Source of the DNA: a bacterium
GTDB lineage: Bacteria; Desulfobacterota; DSWW01
Direction of reading: 5' to 3'
DNA length: 64,000 nt
Assembly (NCBI GenBank): GCA_040756235.1
Contig: JBFLZG010000024.1
Location: 1 to 64,000, forward strand
Every line of letters starts with the position of its first letter. Position 1 is the stretch's first letter. Positions 1 through 9,941 of this stretch are shown piece by piece. The notes under the pieces are model-generated. The model did not search any database. It saw nothing but the letters and a program-made list of their open reading frames with translations, and was not told the origin of the DNA. Position numbers and translations under genes: made by a program.

Positions 1-110
1 GCCCAGATGCAAGGCGCACGAAATCCTGAGGAATGAGGCGTACATGGAAGTACGCCGCAGTGACGAAGGATGAGTGCAACGCCGCAGATGGGCGTTTTGG
101 GACAGCCTCT
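1..110 (+). mobile_element. MITE-like dispersed repeat, family 1 (left end cut by window edge)
   Basis: Near-identical to 56448-56557 and, inverted, to 13864-14026; ends in CAGCCTCT; internal hairpin GGCGTAC-N6-GTACGCC. Confidence 0.8.
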
Positions 111-151
111 AGTTATTCTCTTCCGTCCCTCGTCCCTGTCGTGGCACCGGC

Positions 152-886
152 ATGAAGAAATCCCGTCGAATCGGCCTGGCTCTGCTCTCGCTCTGGATAT
201 TTTCCGGGGTGGGGCTCCTGGGCGCCGCACCCCCTCCCGTTCCGCCGCCGGTCGGGTACGTGAACGATCGGGCCGGCCTCCTTTCGGAGCGGCAGAGGTC
301 CACCCTGGAATCCACCCTCAGGGCATTTGAACAGAAGACCACCGATCAGGTCGTCCTTCTGACCGTCCCGTCCCTGGAGGGGGAAGACATCGAGGGTTAT
401 TCCATGCGCGTGGCCGAGCAGTGGAAGATCGGCCAGAAGGGCAAGGACAACGGGGTCCTCTTTCTCGTGGCCGTTCAGGACCGCAACGCCCGCATCGAGG
501 TCGGCTACGGGCTCGAGGGCGTTCTGACCGATGCGCTCTCCAGCCGCATCCTCAGGGGGATCGTTCTGCCGGCCTTCAAGCAGGGCAACTACTACGCAGG
601 GATCGCCGGCGGGTTGGAGGCGATCCTGCAGGCGATCGAGGGGGAGTTCAAGGCGCCCGAGGGGCAGACCGGGGGACAGGGCCGGGTTCGGATCAGCGGT
701 TTTCTCCTTCTTCTGCTCTTTCTGCTCCTGATCAGCTCACGGCTGGGCAGGCTCATGCTCCTGGGCGGGTTTCTGGGGGGCGGGATGGGCGGCCGCAGCT
801 TCGGCGGAAGGAGCGGAGGCGGGTTCGGCGGCTTCAGCGGAGGAGGCGGCGGTTTCGGCGGGGGCGGAGCTTCGGGACGCTGGTGA
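152..886 (+). CDS. TPM-domain (YgcG-like) membrane protein with Gly-rich tail
   Basis: Signal peptide; YVNDRAGLL, WKIGQKGKDNGVL and RIEVGYGLEG motifs; GGGFGGGGASGRW C-terminus. Confidence 0.92.
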   Translation: MKKSRRIGLALLSLWIFSGVGLLGAAPPPVPPPVGYVNDRAGLLSERQRSTLESTLRAFEQKTTDQVVLLTVPSLEGEDIEGYSMRVAEQWKIGQKGKDNGVLFLVAVQDRNARIEVGYGLEGVLTDALSSRILRGIVLPAFKQGNYYAGIAGGLEAILQAIEGEFKAPEGQTGGQGRVRISGFLLLLLFLLLISSRLGRLMLLGGFLGGGMGGRSFGGRSGGGFGGFSGGGGGFGGGGASGRW

Positions 887-912
887 GACCTTCTCGATCA
901 GCGAGTATCAGC

Positions 913-1548
913 ATGGCGCAGAAAACCAGAAATCTCTTCTCCGAAGATCAGGAAAAGAGGATCGGGGAGGCGGTCCGCCAGGCGGAGAACATGACCGCAG
1001 GCGAGATCGTGCCGATGGTCACGGACGCCGCGGACACTTACCCCCACGCGCACCTGATCGGCGGGCTCATCGGGCTCCTGGCCGCCTCGCTTGCGGCCGT
1101 CTGGGTGCTTCCGGTGTTCGCTCCCCTGGAGCTGTTCGCGATGCAGGCCGCAGGGTTTGTCGCCGCCTTCCTGCTCGTCCGGTTCGTGCCGGCGCTCAAA
1201 CGCTCCCTCCTGTCCGCCAGGGTGCGCGAGGAGGAAGTCTACGAGAGGGCCCTGAAGGCGTTCCAGGACCTCGAGCTGCACCGCACCAGGGACAGGACCG
1301 GCGTGCTGATCTTCGTCTCTCTTCTCGAGCACCGCGTGCAGGTGCTGGCGGATACCGGGATCAACGCCCGGGTCAAGCCCGGATCGTGGAACGAGGTGCT
1401 GGAGCTGGTGCTCGCCGGGATTCGAAGAGGAGACCTGACCTCCGGCCTGTGCGATGCCGTCGAGCTTTGCGGCAAGATCCTGGCTGCCGAGTTCCCCCTC
1501 CGCGCGGATGACCGGAACGAGATCTCGGACGAGCTGCGCAGAGGGTGA
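913..1548 (+). CDS. TPM-domain membrane protein (partner of upstream TPM gene)
   Basis: AENMTAGEIV, LHRTRDRTGVLIFVSLLEHRVQVLADTGI and DDRNEISD motifs; ATG at 913 inside ORF 421..1548. Confidence 0.88.
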   Translation: MAQKTRNLFSEDQEKRIGEAVRQAENMTAGEIVPMVTDAADTYPHAHLIGGLIGLLAASLAAVWVLPVFAPLELFAMQAAGFVAAFLLVRFVPALKRSLLSARVREEEVYERALKAFQDLELHRTRDRTGVLIFVSLLEHRVQVLADTGINARVKPGSWNEVLELVLAGIRRGDLTSGLCDAVELCGKILAAEFPLRADDRNEISDELRRG

Positions 1549-1610
1549 CTCGTACCCTCCTCCAGACGTTGGAGGCTATTGTCATACTCCGGTGTGCTTC
1601 TACGGCACTT

Positions 1611-1964
1611 GTAGGGTCGCTGCTTGCTGCGCCCGCCCCGGGCACGGAGGGACTTCCGCGTGCGCGGCTGTGTCACATTGCCGTCATCCCGGCCCCGCTG
1701 CGGAGCGCGTGTGAGCCGGGATCCGGCAGGGTGCACCAAGACCAACTGTGGTAACTGGGCGCAGGGGCTGGATTCCGGCCTTCGCCGGAATGACGGAAAT
1801 CATCGGGCCGCGCCTCCCAGTCCCTCCGGAATGAGTGGTCGCACGAGGGTCTGACCGGATTTATGACACAGCCTCCTGCGCCGGAATGACGGAAATCTTC
1901 TAGCCGGGACGCATGAAGGTCTGACCTGGGGTTGCGACACAGCCTCTTTCCGCGGGAATGACGG
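1611..1964. repeat. Cluster of REP-like palindromes (GTAG-type and GTCAT/GGAATGAC-type)
   Basis: GTAGGGTCGCTGCTTGCTGCGCCC at 1611; GTCATCCCGG at 1683; GGATTCCGGCCTTCGCCGGAATGACG at 1770; further GGAATGA(C) units near 1828, 1883 and 1955; lies between convergent genes. Confidence 0.7.
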
Positions 1965-1972
1965 CCCCGAGG

Positions 1973-2866
1973 TCAAATCACCGAGCCCACGCAGCGATAA
2001 TGCCGTTCCCGTTCCTCCGGCGGCTGAGCGAGGAACGCATCGATCCGGCCGAGCATGACCTCGCGGTCCTCCAGGAACCTGCCTTCCACCGGGAAATAGT
2101 TGTTGGCGTGATCGCAAGCCAGAAACGGACCCTGGACCGTGATGCCTTCGACCAGCCTTCGAAGCTCTCTCACGGTCCCCTCTGCGGTCTGCTCCTGAAA
2201 GGTGCCGGCCTTCAGCTCGCTGGCCAGCCTGGAGAGCGGGTGGATCCACAGCCGGCGGATGCGGATGAACTCCGGCACCGTCTCGTTGATGACCAGGGCG
2301 CTGTCTGCCGCGTGCGCCTCCCAATGTTCCCGGCCTCCCAGCCCCAGCAGGACGTAGAAGCTCAACTCGATGCCCGCTTCGCGTACCCTGCGGCCGGCCT
2401 CTATGACCACCTTCTGGCTGATGCCCTTCTTGTGAAACCGCAGCAGGGCGTCGCATCCGGTTTCGAGGCCCACGTGGACGCGGTCGAGCCCGTGCCGGGC
2501 GAGCGTCTCGAGCTCCTCCGGAGACTTTCGATACAGGCTGCTCGCCCTGGCGTAGGCGGTGACCCGGACGAGCCCGGGGAAGCGCTCTCGCAGCCGGTCC
2601 AGGATCGGGGCGAGAAACGCGACCGGTCTTTCGAGCGGGTCGGCATCGCCCAGGAAGGCCGTTTTCGGCAAGTCCCCCCAGTACTCTTTCAGCAGGTCGA
2701 TGTCTTCCAGAACGTCCTCGAGGGGGCGGACCTCGAAGGGCTGACCGTACAGATCGTAAATCCCGCAGAAGCGGCACCGGTTCCAGTGACATCCGCGAAC
2801 CACCCGCACGAGCAGGCTGCCGGCTTCGCTGGGCGGCCGGATGATCAATCCTTCGGGTACGCGCAT
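1973..2866 (-). CDS. Radical SAM protein of unknown function (RPPSEAxS family)
   Basis: IIRPPSEAGSLL followed by CxxxCxxC (CHWNRCRFC); GLETG and DHANN motifs. Confidence 0.9.
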   Translation of the reverse strand: MRVPEGLIIRPPSEAGSLLVRVVRGCHWNRCRFCGIYDLYGQPFEVRPLEDVLEDIDLLKEYWGDLPKTAFLGDADPLERPVAFLAPILDRLRERFPGLVRVTAYARASSLYRKSPEELETLARHGLDRVHVGLETGCDALLRFHKKGISQKVVIEAGRRVREAGIELSFYVLLGLGGREHWEAHAADSALVINETVPEFIRIRRLWIHPLSRLASELKAGTFQEQTAEGTVRELRRLVEGITVQGPFLACDHANNYFPVEGRFLEDREVMLGRIDAFLAQPPEERERHYRCVGSVI

Positions 2867-2978
2867 GTCGTTCTCGCTTCCCGCTCACTTTGACTTGTGG
2901 GCGCTCGCTTTGACTTTGCCTTGAAATTACCACAATGATCTTGCCCTGTCAGTCGAGACCATCAGAAGCGGCCGTGTC

Positions 2979-4244
2979 ATGATCCAGCAGGAGCACTATG
3001 ACGTTTGCGTGATCGGGGCCGGTCCGGCCGGATCGACGGCGGCCTGCGAGCTCGCGGCCCGCGGGCTCCGGACCGTTCTGATCGACCGGGCGAGCTTCCC
3101 CAGGGACAAGGTCTGCGGGGACGGGATCAGTCCCCGCGCCGTGCGGATCCTGAAAGAGATGGGGCTCCATGACGAGGAGGTGTTCTCCCGCTTCTGCCGG
3201 ATCGAAGGCGTCCGGATCAGCTCGCCCGGCCGCCGGCTCATGGAGGTCCGCCTCACGGGAGACCCCGAGGTCGAAGAGGGGTACGTCATACCGAGAAAGG
3301 TCTTCGACCATTTTCTCCTGCAGGCCGCCCTGAGAAGGGGAGCCGAAATCCGGGAAGGGTGCGAGGTCCTGGAGATCGAATCCGCCAAGAGGGACGCCTG
3401 CATCCGCGCCCGCACGCGGCAAGGCCGCACCTTTTCTCTTCACGCCGGCTACGTCGTGGCCGCCTGGGGAGCCCATGCGGGGAGGCTCCTGCGGTCCCGC
3501 CGGACCGCTCCGGCAGCGGACAGGCTCAGCGTGGTCGCGGTTCGGGCTTATTTCGAGGGAGTGGAACCGGGCCCGCCCTTCATGGAGATCCACTTCGACC
3601 CCGGCCTGGTGCCGGGCTACGGGTGGTTCTTCCCCACGGGCCGGGGAAGCGCCAACGTCGGGTACGGCATGCGGCTGGACTGCTTGCGGGCCAGGCGGGA
3701 TCGCGAACCGCTCCGCAGTCTGTTTCGACAGCTTGTGGAGACGAATCCGTTCTTGACACGCAGCCTGCGTAATGCCGCACAGGTCGGGCCGCTGCGGGGC
3801 GCCAGGATTCCCTTCCGCGGCGTCTTTCGCCCCCTCGCGCGAGGGCGCGTCCTCATGGTCGGCGACGCGGCCGGGCTGGCGGACCCGCTGAGCGGAGAGG
3901 GCATCGCAACGGCCATGCGCAGCGGTTCGCTGGCCGCGCGCTCCATCGTGAGCGCCGTCGGCTCCGGGGACCCCCGCAGTGAGGCCTCCCGGACCTATCG
4001 CTCGGACTGCCGCAGCGAAATCACCCGCGACCTGCTGTGCGCACGGATCCTGCAATCGATTCTGGTCAGACCCGCGCTGGTCGGTCCGGAGAGGCTTCTC
4101 GATCTGTTCGTGGAGAAGGCCCAGCAGAACGCGCGCCTGGCCCGTGCGATCGCCCGGCTCGTCATTGGCGACCTGCCGCGCACCGCGGTGCTCCGCGGCG
4201 CAGCATGGAAAAAGCTGTTCCGAGCCCTGAGGGGCCGCTCGTAG
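2979..4244 (+). CDS. Geranylgeranyl reductase family FAD-dependent oxidoreductase
   Basis: IGAGPAGS, FPRDKVCGDG, GYGWFFP and VGDAAGLADPLSGEGI motifs. Confidence 0.9.
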   Translation: MIQQEHYDVCVIGAGPAGSTAACELAARGLRTVLIDRASFPRDKVCGDGISPRAVRILKEMGLHDEEVFSRFCRIEGVRISSPGRRLMEVRLTGDPEVEEGYVIPRKVFDHFLLQAALRRGAEIREGCEVLEIESAKRDACIRARTRQGRTFSLHAGYVVAAWGAHAGRLLRSRRTAPAADRLSVVAVRAYFEGVEPGPPFMEIHFDPGLVPGYGWFFPTGRGSANVGYGMRLDCLRARRDREPLRSLFRQLVETNPFLTRSLRNAAQVGPLRGARIPFRGVFRPLARGRVLMVGDAAGLADPLSGEGIATAMRSGSLAARSIVSAVGSGDPRSEASRTYRSDCRSEITRDLLCARILQSILVRPALVGPERLLDLFVEKAQQNARLARAIARLVIGDLPRTAVLRGAAWKKLFRALRGRS

Positions 4245-4268
4245 GGGCGAAAAATTTTTCGCCCCTAC
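4241..4268. repeat. Perfect 28-bp GTAG-type REP palindrome, possible bidirectional terminator
   Basis: GTAGGGGCGAAAAATTTTTCGCCCCTAC is its own reverse complement; overlaps the stop codons of both convergent genes. Confidence 0.8.
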
Positions 4269-4669
4269 CGGGCCTTCTTCTTTCGGACCTTCACCCCCAC
4301 CTTCTTTGCGGGCCTGACGGCCGCCTTACCGGCGGTCTTGACGGGCCTGGCGGCCTTCCGCACGCTCTTCCCGACCGGTTTTCCGGGGCTCATCGGCTTT
4401 GCAGCAGCGGCCTTTGGTTTCGGGATGGCCCTGGGGTTGCAGAGCAGCCCGCGGGTCGTGGCCACTCTTCCGCAGCTCTCGCAGAAATAGGCCAGCTCCA
4501 CCCTTTTGGGAAAGCAGATGTGCCGTGGGTCCGTGGCCACCTGGCCGCAGTACGCGCAGATCGCGGCCGCAGTGCTCTCGAACGGCATCGGGGTGCAGAG
4601 ATGACCTTTCTTCGTCGTCACCTTCCCGCAGGTGGCGCAGACGTTGGCGCCTGGGACTTCCTTTGCCAT
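4265..4669 (-). CDS. Small protein with three CxxCG...CxP (Zn-ribbon-like) repeats and a Lys/Ala/Pro-rich histone-like tail
   Basis: CATCG..HLCTP, CAYCG..HICFP, CESCG..LLCNP; basic tail; GGAGAGG RBS upstream. Confidence 0.8.
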   Translation of the reverse strand: MAKEVPGANVCATCGKVTTKKGHLCTPMPFESTAAAICAYCGQVATDPRHICFPKRVELAYFCESCGRVATTRGLLCNPRAIPKPKAAAAKPMSPGKPVGKSVRKAARPVKTAGKAAVRPAKKVGVKVRKKKAR

Positions 4670-4913
4670 GATGACCTCTCCCCTTTCATGTCTCGCGTTG
4701 CGAAAGCGTTCTTGAGGGCTCCCCTCGGCCCGGCCCGAACCGGCTTGTCAATTCACGGGGATTCTGTGATAGTTGGCGCAGCGGCGCTCTCAGGCCCGAC
4801 AACTCACCAGTCTACAGAAACGAACGCCTGATGCAAGTCCGAGAACCCGCTCTTGCGCCTTCCCCGCCCTTGCGCTCCAGGATCTTTCGTAGAACCAGCC
4901 AGAGGAGAGTCCC

Positions 4914-5939
4914 ATGACAGAACGACCCGTAGTTTTCGACAGCCTCCTTTTGAAAAAAATTTTCGTGCCGCAAGCCAACAGGCCTCTCGAGCCGGACTCT
5001 CCACCGGAAAGGCGCCGGTGCAGCGGGTCGCGATTCCTTTTCCTGTCCTGCCTGTGCTTCTGCCTGCTCGCCGCCCTGTGCCTGCCGGCTCCGCAAGAGA
5101 CCCTTGCCGGCATGATCATCCACGAGCAGACGGTCTTCTCGGGTATGCCCACGCCGGCCGGCCCTCAGGCTGCGCCTCCTCGCACGCACTCGTCGGTCCT
5201 TTACCTGCAGGGGAAGAAGCTGCGCAGCGAGACCGAAAAAGTCTTCATCGTGGACTTCGAGGCCGGCAAGCTCCTGGCCCTCACCCCGGAAGAAAAGACT
5301 TACAGCGAGATCGGCCTGGATCAACTCCGGGAGGCACAGAAGCAGGCCATGCAATGGATCGGCAGCCTGCGGGAACAGATGAAGAAGAACCTGGAGACCA
5401 TGCCTCCGGAAAAGCGGGCCGAGATGCAGAAGAAGATCGATATGTTCCCCCAGGACCTCGGCGAGCAGAAGAAGCCCTCGAAGATCACCGTTCGGGCCAC
5501 CGGCAAAGAAGAGAAGATCAACGGGTTCCCCTGCAAGGAATACGAGATTTTGGAGGACGATCAGAAGACGGCCGTCTACTGGTTGACGCAGGCCGTGTCC
5601 AGCAAGCCGTTTGACGTCTACCAGACCGAGATGGGGAAGTGGATGGGGGAGACGGCTCCTCTGGCCGGCCAGAGGCTCCAGGAGTGGCAGCACGTCCGGG
5701 ACAAGGGGTTCCCCATCAGGATCGAGCGCATCAAGCCCGTCCTCGGCAAGCTCCTCATGAGCTGGGAAGTGAAGAAGGTCGAAGAGGAGAGTCTTTCCGA
5801 ATCTCTGTTCGTGCCCCCCAAGGAGTACAAACGTACCGAGGCCCCTGCCATGCCCGGCACGCTCTCCCCTTTGCCGCCCGCACCTCCCGCAGGGAAGCCG
5901 GGGCCGGAAGCTGCCGAGCCTCAGGGTCAGGGTGGTTGA
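4914..5939 (+). CDS. Secreted DUF4412-like protein (start uncertain)
   Basis: Signal-like segment; TGKEEKINGFPCKEY and SESLFVPPKEYK motifs typical of DUF4412. Confidence 0.75.
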   Translation: MTERPVVFDSLLLKKIFVPQANRPLEPDSPPERRRCSGSRFLFLSCLCFCLLAALCLPAPQETLAGMIIHEQTVFSGMPTPAGPQAAPPRTHSSVLYLQGKKLRSETEKVFIVDFEAGKLLALTPEEKTYSEIGLDQLREAQKQAMQWIGSLREQMKKNLETMPPEKRAEMQKKIDMFPQDLGEQKKPSKITVRATGKEEKINGFPCKEYEILEDDQKTAVYWLTQAVSSKPFDVYQTEMGKWMGETAPLAGQRLQEWQHVRDKGFPIRIERIKPVLGKLLMSWEVKKVEEESLSESLFVPPKEYKRTEAPAMPGTLSPLPPAPPAGKPGPEAAEPQGQGG

Positions 5940-7006
5940 TGGCACCGGACTCGGGGAGGAAGAGCCGGAGAGCTCGTGGAGGCATCGGTCTCGGACAGCC
6001 CCTGCAGACAGCACTGGTAACCGGCGCCTGCGGCTTCATCGGCAGCCATCTGGTGGATCAGCTCGCCGCCGAGGGCTGGGACGTCCGCGCCACCGACCTC
6101 CCGTCCGCGTCCCGCACCCATCTCCCGCCCGCGGTCCCGTTCGTGCCCTCTGACCTGACAGCACCGGAAACGCTGGGGCCCGCTCTGACCGGCGTCGAAG
6201 TCCTCTTTCACGTCGCGGCCCTGTTCGACTTTTCCGCTTCCTGGGAACGCCTGTTCCGCACCAACGTGCTCGGGACGGACCATCTGCTCGCCGCGGCACG
6301 CAAGGCCGGCGTCCGGCGGGTGGTGAGCTGGTCGAGCTACGCCGTCTACGGGAAGTTCGACGCGCGCCGGCTCCCCATCGACGAGACGCACCCGATCCGG
6401 CCCAAGGACGCCTACGGCCGCTCCAAGGCCATGCAGGACGCGGTCGTGTGGCGCCATCACGAGGAAGGCCTCCCGGCCACGATCGTGCGCCCCAGCGCCC
6501 CTTACGGGCCGAGGGCCCGTTACGGAATGGCCGATCTGTTCCGGCGCCTGGACCTCCTGCCGGTGGTCCCCGTTCCCAGGAACCTGGGCAACCGCGTGGT
6601 GTCCGTCCACGTGAGGGACGTCGTTCGCGCGGCTTCGCAGGTGGCCCGATCCGAGGCGTGCCAGGGGCAGGAGTACAATCTGACGGACGACGGCCGTCAC
6701 TCGACGGCGTCTTTCATGGCGCTGGCCGCCTCCGCTCTCGGGAAGAGGACCGTGCCGGTCCTGTTTCCTGAAGCCCTGCTGCGGACTGCGGCCTGGGCGG
6801 CGGCCCTGGGCTCGACGGCTGCTGCCCGGACGCTCGGGTGGCGGCCCCTGCTCGAACAAGACACGATCTACTATCTCACCTACGATTTCGTCGCGAGCAA
6901 CGAGAAGGTCAAGTCGCTGGGGTTCCGCTTTCTCTACCCGGACCCGCGGGACGGCATCCCCGAGGTCGTCCGGGCCCTGCGGGCGGAGGGGTTTCTGCGC
7001 AGCTGA
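5939..7006 (+). CDS. NAD-dependent epimerase/dehydratase (extended SDR)
   Basis: TGACGFIG, YGRSK (YxxxK) and RPSAPYGP; ATG overlaps the upstream TGA. Confidence 0.9.
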   Translation: MAPDSGRKSRRARGGIGLGQPLQTALVTGACGFIGSHLVDQLAAEGWDVRATDLPSASRTHLPPAVPFVPSDLTAPETLGPALTGVEVLFHVAALFDFSASWERLFRTNVLGTDHLLAAARKAGVRRVVSWSSYAVYGKFDARRLPIDETHPIRPKDAYGRSKAMQDAVVWRHHEEGLPATIVRPSAPYGPRARYGMADLFRRLDLLPVVPVPRNLGNRVVSVHVRDVVRAASQVARSEACQGQEYNLTDDGRHSTASFMALAASALGKRTVPVLFPEALLRTAAWAAALGSTAAARTLGWRPLLEQDTIYYLTYDFVASNEKVKSLGFRFLYPDPRDGIPEVVRALRAEGFLRS

Positions 7007-7489
7007 GCAAGGTGCCTGGCTTACGACGCCGGCGGGGACTCCTCGCTCGTCCTTGCGACCCTGGCGCATCCGACACGCTCGCCACCTTGAACCGATGGCT
7101 GGCGGACGCGCCTGCGATTTTGTCCATCCTACCGGGATACACCCGGGTGTCGACCGAGTGCGGTGGGTGTCCCGCCGAGGAGGCGAGGGCGAGTCGCGGA
7201 GGCCGTCCCGAGTCCCGACAGGCCGGTGGAACGCAGCGCTGTTTCTCGAATACCAGATCCGTCGGGCGCGTGCGTCCCGAGAACACCCGGCCCGGAGCGA
7301 GGGACGAAAAGAGGGACCTGCCCGAAGGGCCGTCGTCTCCGACCCTCGGGGAGGAGAAGAGCCGGAGCGTTCTGAGCCCGAGACGATCGAGGCGGGATCC
7401 TTAACGCACTCACCGTCCAGCCTACGGGAGTGTTGGCAGCCGCCCTGGCAAGCCTCTAGCCAGCGGCAGGCCGTGCGGGTGCCGGGCTC

Positions 7490-8137
7490 TCAAGGAAACT
7501 GGTCGCGGCGGATCCCGGAGCCGGCCGGCAGCCGGCCGACCATGGGGTCGGGCCGGCCTGCGAGCAGGGCTTCGAGCAGCCAGAGATCTCCTGCCGTCTG
7601 CTCGGGGACCAGCCCGAAGCAGCGGGCGAATTTCTCGGCTTCGCCCTCGAGCGCCGGATTGTCTTCAGACAGCGTGCGAATGAAGACCACCCGCCCGTAG
7701 TTCTTGACCATCTCCGCACAGCTCCAGTGGGCGAGCTCCTGTCCGAAGCGCTTGCGCAGCTCCAGGTATTCCGTGTAAGGGTTCTTGCCGTAACGGATCC
7801 AGCCCCGGGTGAGATGGAAAGAGCCTTTGCCGTCCGCACAGACGCTCTCGGGCCTGCGGCCGAGAAACAGGTGGACGCAGTCGTGCACCCTCGGGAAGAC
7901 CAGCTCGGCGGAGGCGGAAGAGATGTCCTCCAGGCCGCCGCCGCACAGACCATACACCAGGATGATGCGGCCGCACTCGTTTTCCGCCTCGCGAACGGCC
8001 GCGGCGAGCCTCACGTGGAGCTCCGCAGGATATCGGTGCAGGCCCTGCTCGAGAAACCGGCAGCCCTTCACCCCGAGGTGCTCGAGCTCGTCCCGGAAGA
8101 CCTCGCACGCGATCACGGCGGTGCGCGGCAAGATCAT
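7490..8137 (-). CDS. DUF1638 domain protein (typically found with corrinoid methyltransferases)
   Basis: IACEVF..E, GLH..P, YGLCGGG, HDCV.LFLG and LTRGW motifs; ATG overlaps the upstream TGA. Confidence 0.85.
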   Translation of the reverse strand: MILPRTAVIACEVFRDELEHLGVKGCRFLEQGLHRYPAELHVRLAAAVREAENECGRIILVYGLCGGGLEDISSASAELVFPRVHDCVHLFLGRRPESVCADGKGSFHLTRGWIRYGKNPYTEYLELRKRFGQELAHWSCAEMVKNYGRVVFIRTLSEDNPALEGEAEKFARCFGLVPEQTAGDLWLLEALLAGRPDPMVGRLPAGSGIRRDQFP

Positions 8138-8925
8138 TTCTTCTTTCGCAGCGAGCCGGTTTCGTCGATCTCCCGCAGGTTCCTGAGCTCCTGCTCGGAA
8201 GGGTCCGGGACGACCCGGATATCGGCGGATACTTTCAGCGGCCAGCCGGTGTTCTCGCGGATTTCCTCGATGCTGGAGAAAGGGAAATAGGCGTCCAGGC
8301 AGAACTCCTTGGTCACCGGATCGGGCCGCAGAACGCCCAGCGTGGTGATGATGGCCGAGGGGCCGCCGCCGACGAAGTTCGCCTTCTCGCGCGCATCCCC
8401 GCCCGTGAGATAGCCGGGAGACGAAATGTAATCGACCCTTTCGGCAAACCGCTTCTTCTCGTGCGCCACCATGATCAGGTAGCGCTTGCAGCCGACCGCG
8501 ATGTCGTTCGCGCCGCCGCTGCCGTTCAGCCGGACCCGAGGCAGCGCGTACCGGCCTGCCTTCCAGGGGGGCACGTCCCAGATCCCGGTCGTGTTCACGT
8601 TGCCGAACTTGTCCACCTGTGCAGCGCCGATGATGCCCACGTCGCAGCGGCCCGAGGCCACGAGGAAACCGAGCGCGTCGATGGCGCTCGTGAAGCTCGT
8701 GGCGTTGGCCGATATGCGGGTGCATTCGATCCCCCACGGCAGCCCTCCGATCGGCGTGGACCCGAAGATCCCGCCTTCGGTGAAGGCCCTGAGGTTGGGG
8801 GCGTGGTTCTTCTTGGCAAAGTATCCCGCGAGCATGCTCAGGCCCACGCCGAAGATGGCCAGCTCCCCGTCTCGAAGCTCGCGCCCCGTTGCAATGGCCA
8901 TGAATTCCTGTCTCGTGTAGTCCAT
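8134..8925 (-). CDS. Family I CoA-transferase beta subunit (glutaconate CoA-transferase B-like)
   Basis: FGVGL, AFTEGG (putative catalytic Glu), GAAQVDKFGNVNTT, GSGGANDI and VDYISSPG. Confidence 0.9.
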   Translation of the reverse strand: MDYTRQEFMAIATGRELRDGELAIFGVGLSMLAGYFAKKNHAPNLRAFTEGGIFGSTPIGGLPWGIECTRISANATSFTSAIDALGFLVASGRCDVGIIGAAQVDKFGNVNTTGIWDVPPWKAGRYALPRVRLNGSGGANDIAVGCKRYLIMVAHEKKRFAERVDYISSPGYLTGGDAREKANFVGGGPSAIITTLGVLRPDPVTKEFCLDAYFPFSSIEEIRENTGWPLKVSADIRVVPDPSEQELRNLREIDETGSLRKKK

Positions 8926-8934
8926 CGTCTTCCC

Positions 8935-9924
8935 TCAGCTGCTTGCCCGGTCCTCGAGCTCACGTATCTCCGCTTCGCTCCGGATCCACTGGCGGTAGGG
9001 ATCCATGAGGAACCGGGTCGGGGTGGCGCAGATCTTGTCGAGCTTGTCCTTGCCGATGAGCGAGAGATACTCCTCGCGGCCCTCGTAGCCCCGGACGTAC
9101 CGGTCCACGTAGCGCTCGGTACCCTCCGCGGTCTTGAAGCAGTCGTTCATGAAGAACATGTGCTCCTCGTCGCTGTCGTGCACGCCGACCGAGGAGGCGG
9201 GCCAGCACCCCATGGGCCAGTACACGACCGCGTCCACGATCTCGGCAATGATCCGAACCAGGTTCGGGTACTGGCGCATGCAGCCGGTGTCCACGATATA
9301 GTCGGCCTGCAGCACCACCTGACGCGCCGCCCGGGACATTTCGAATCGGCTCCACTCGGAGCCGAGCATGATGGCGTTGCCGTACATGTCCGCCATGGTC
9401 ACGTGGATCGCCGCGACTTCGGGCTTCAGGACCGAGAAGGCCCCGTACTTCTTGCCGGTGAAAGGATCCGTGATCTCGGGGATCTTCCGCCTGCAGGGAT
9501 ACTCCTCCGGGTAGTCGCCGGAGCACCACTGCTGGTCGTTGTGGATGTTCACCGTGGCGGGCACGAACGGCCAGTTCATCGCGCCGCCGAGCAAGCGGTA
9601 GGTGATGCCGCCGTTCGAGTAATCCTCGATGGTGGTGCGGCCGCTCACGACCGCCCGGCTGACGCCGTTGCCGAACCCGTAGACCTCGAGCCCGGAGAAG
9701 CCGACCTCGACCCTTCGCACCGCGCCCACGGCCGCCAGCATGTTGATCTGCTGGGAGCCGCAGTGGCTGATGACGTTCAGGTCCTTCCTGCCTTGCTTGA
9801 CCATCTCCCTGCCGAAGGCGATCGAATCGGCGCCGACCGGGTACGCGGCGCCGTGGGCGTAGAGCATCCCGTCCCACGTGTAGCGGGCGACCGCCTCCTT
9901 CATGGAGATCAACTTGTTCTGCAT
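8935..9924 (-). CDS. Family I CoA-transferase alpha subunit (glutaconate CoA-transferase A-like)
   Basis: KLISMKEAV, AMNWPFVP, DPFTG, PEVAAIHVTMADMYGNA and VDAVVYWPMGCWP. Confidence 0.9.
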   Translation of the reverse strand: MQNKLISMKEAVARYTWDGMLYAHGAAYPVGADSIAFGREMVKQGRKDLNVISHCGSQQINMLAAVGAVRRVEVGFSGLEVYGFGNGVSRAVVSGRTTIEDYSNGGITYRLLGGAMNWPFVPATVNIHNDQQWCSGDYPEEYPCRRKIPEITDPFTGKKYGAFSVLKPEVAAIHVTMADMYGNAIMLGSEWSRFEMSRAARQVVLQADYIVDTGCMRQYPNLVRIIAEIVDAVVYWPMGCWPASSVGVHDSDEEHMFFMNDCFKTAEGTERYVDRYVRGYEGREEYLSLIGKDKLDKICATPTRFLMDPYRQWIRSEAEIRELEDRASS

Positions 9925-9941
9925 GCGAGCTCCCTCTCCGG

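Noticed and set aside
1973..2866. Radical SAM gene as the missing AssD activase or QhpD
   Set aside because: Lacks the GRE-activase N-terminal GPG.R motif and ferredoxin insert, and lacks a SPASM domain; belongs to the unrelated RPPSEA family
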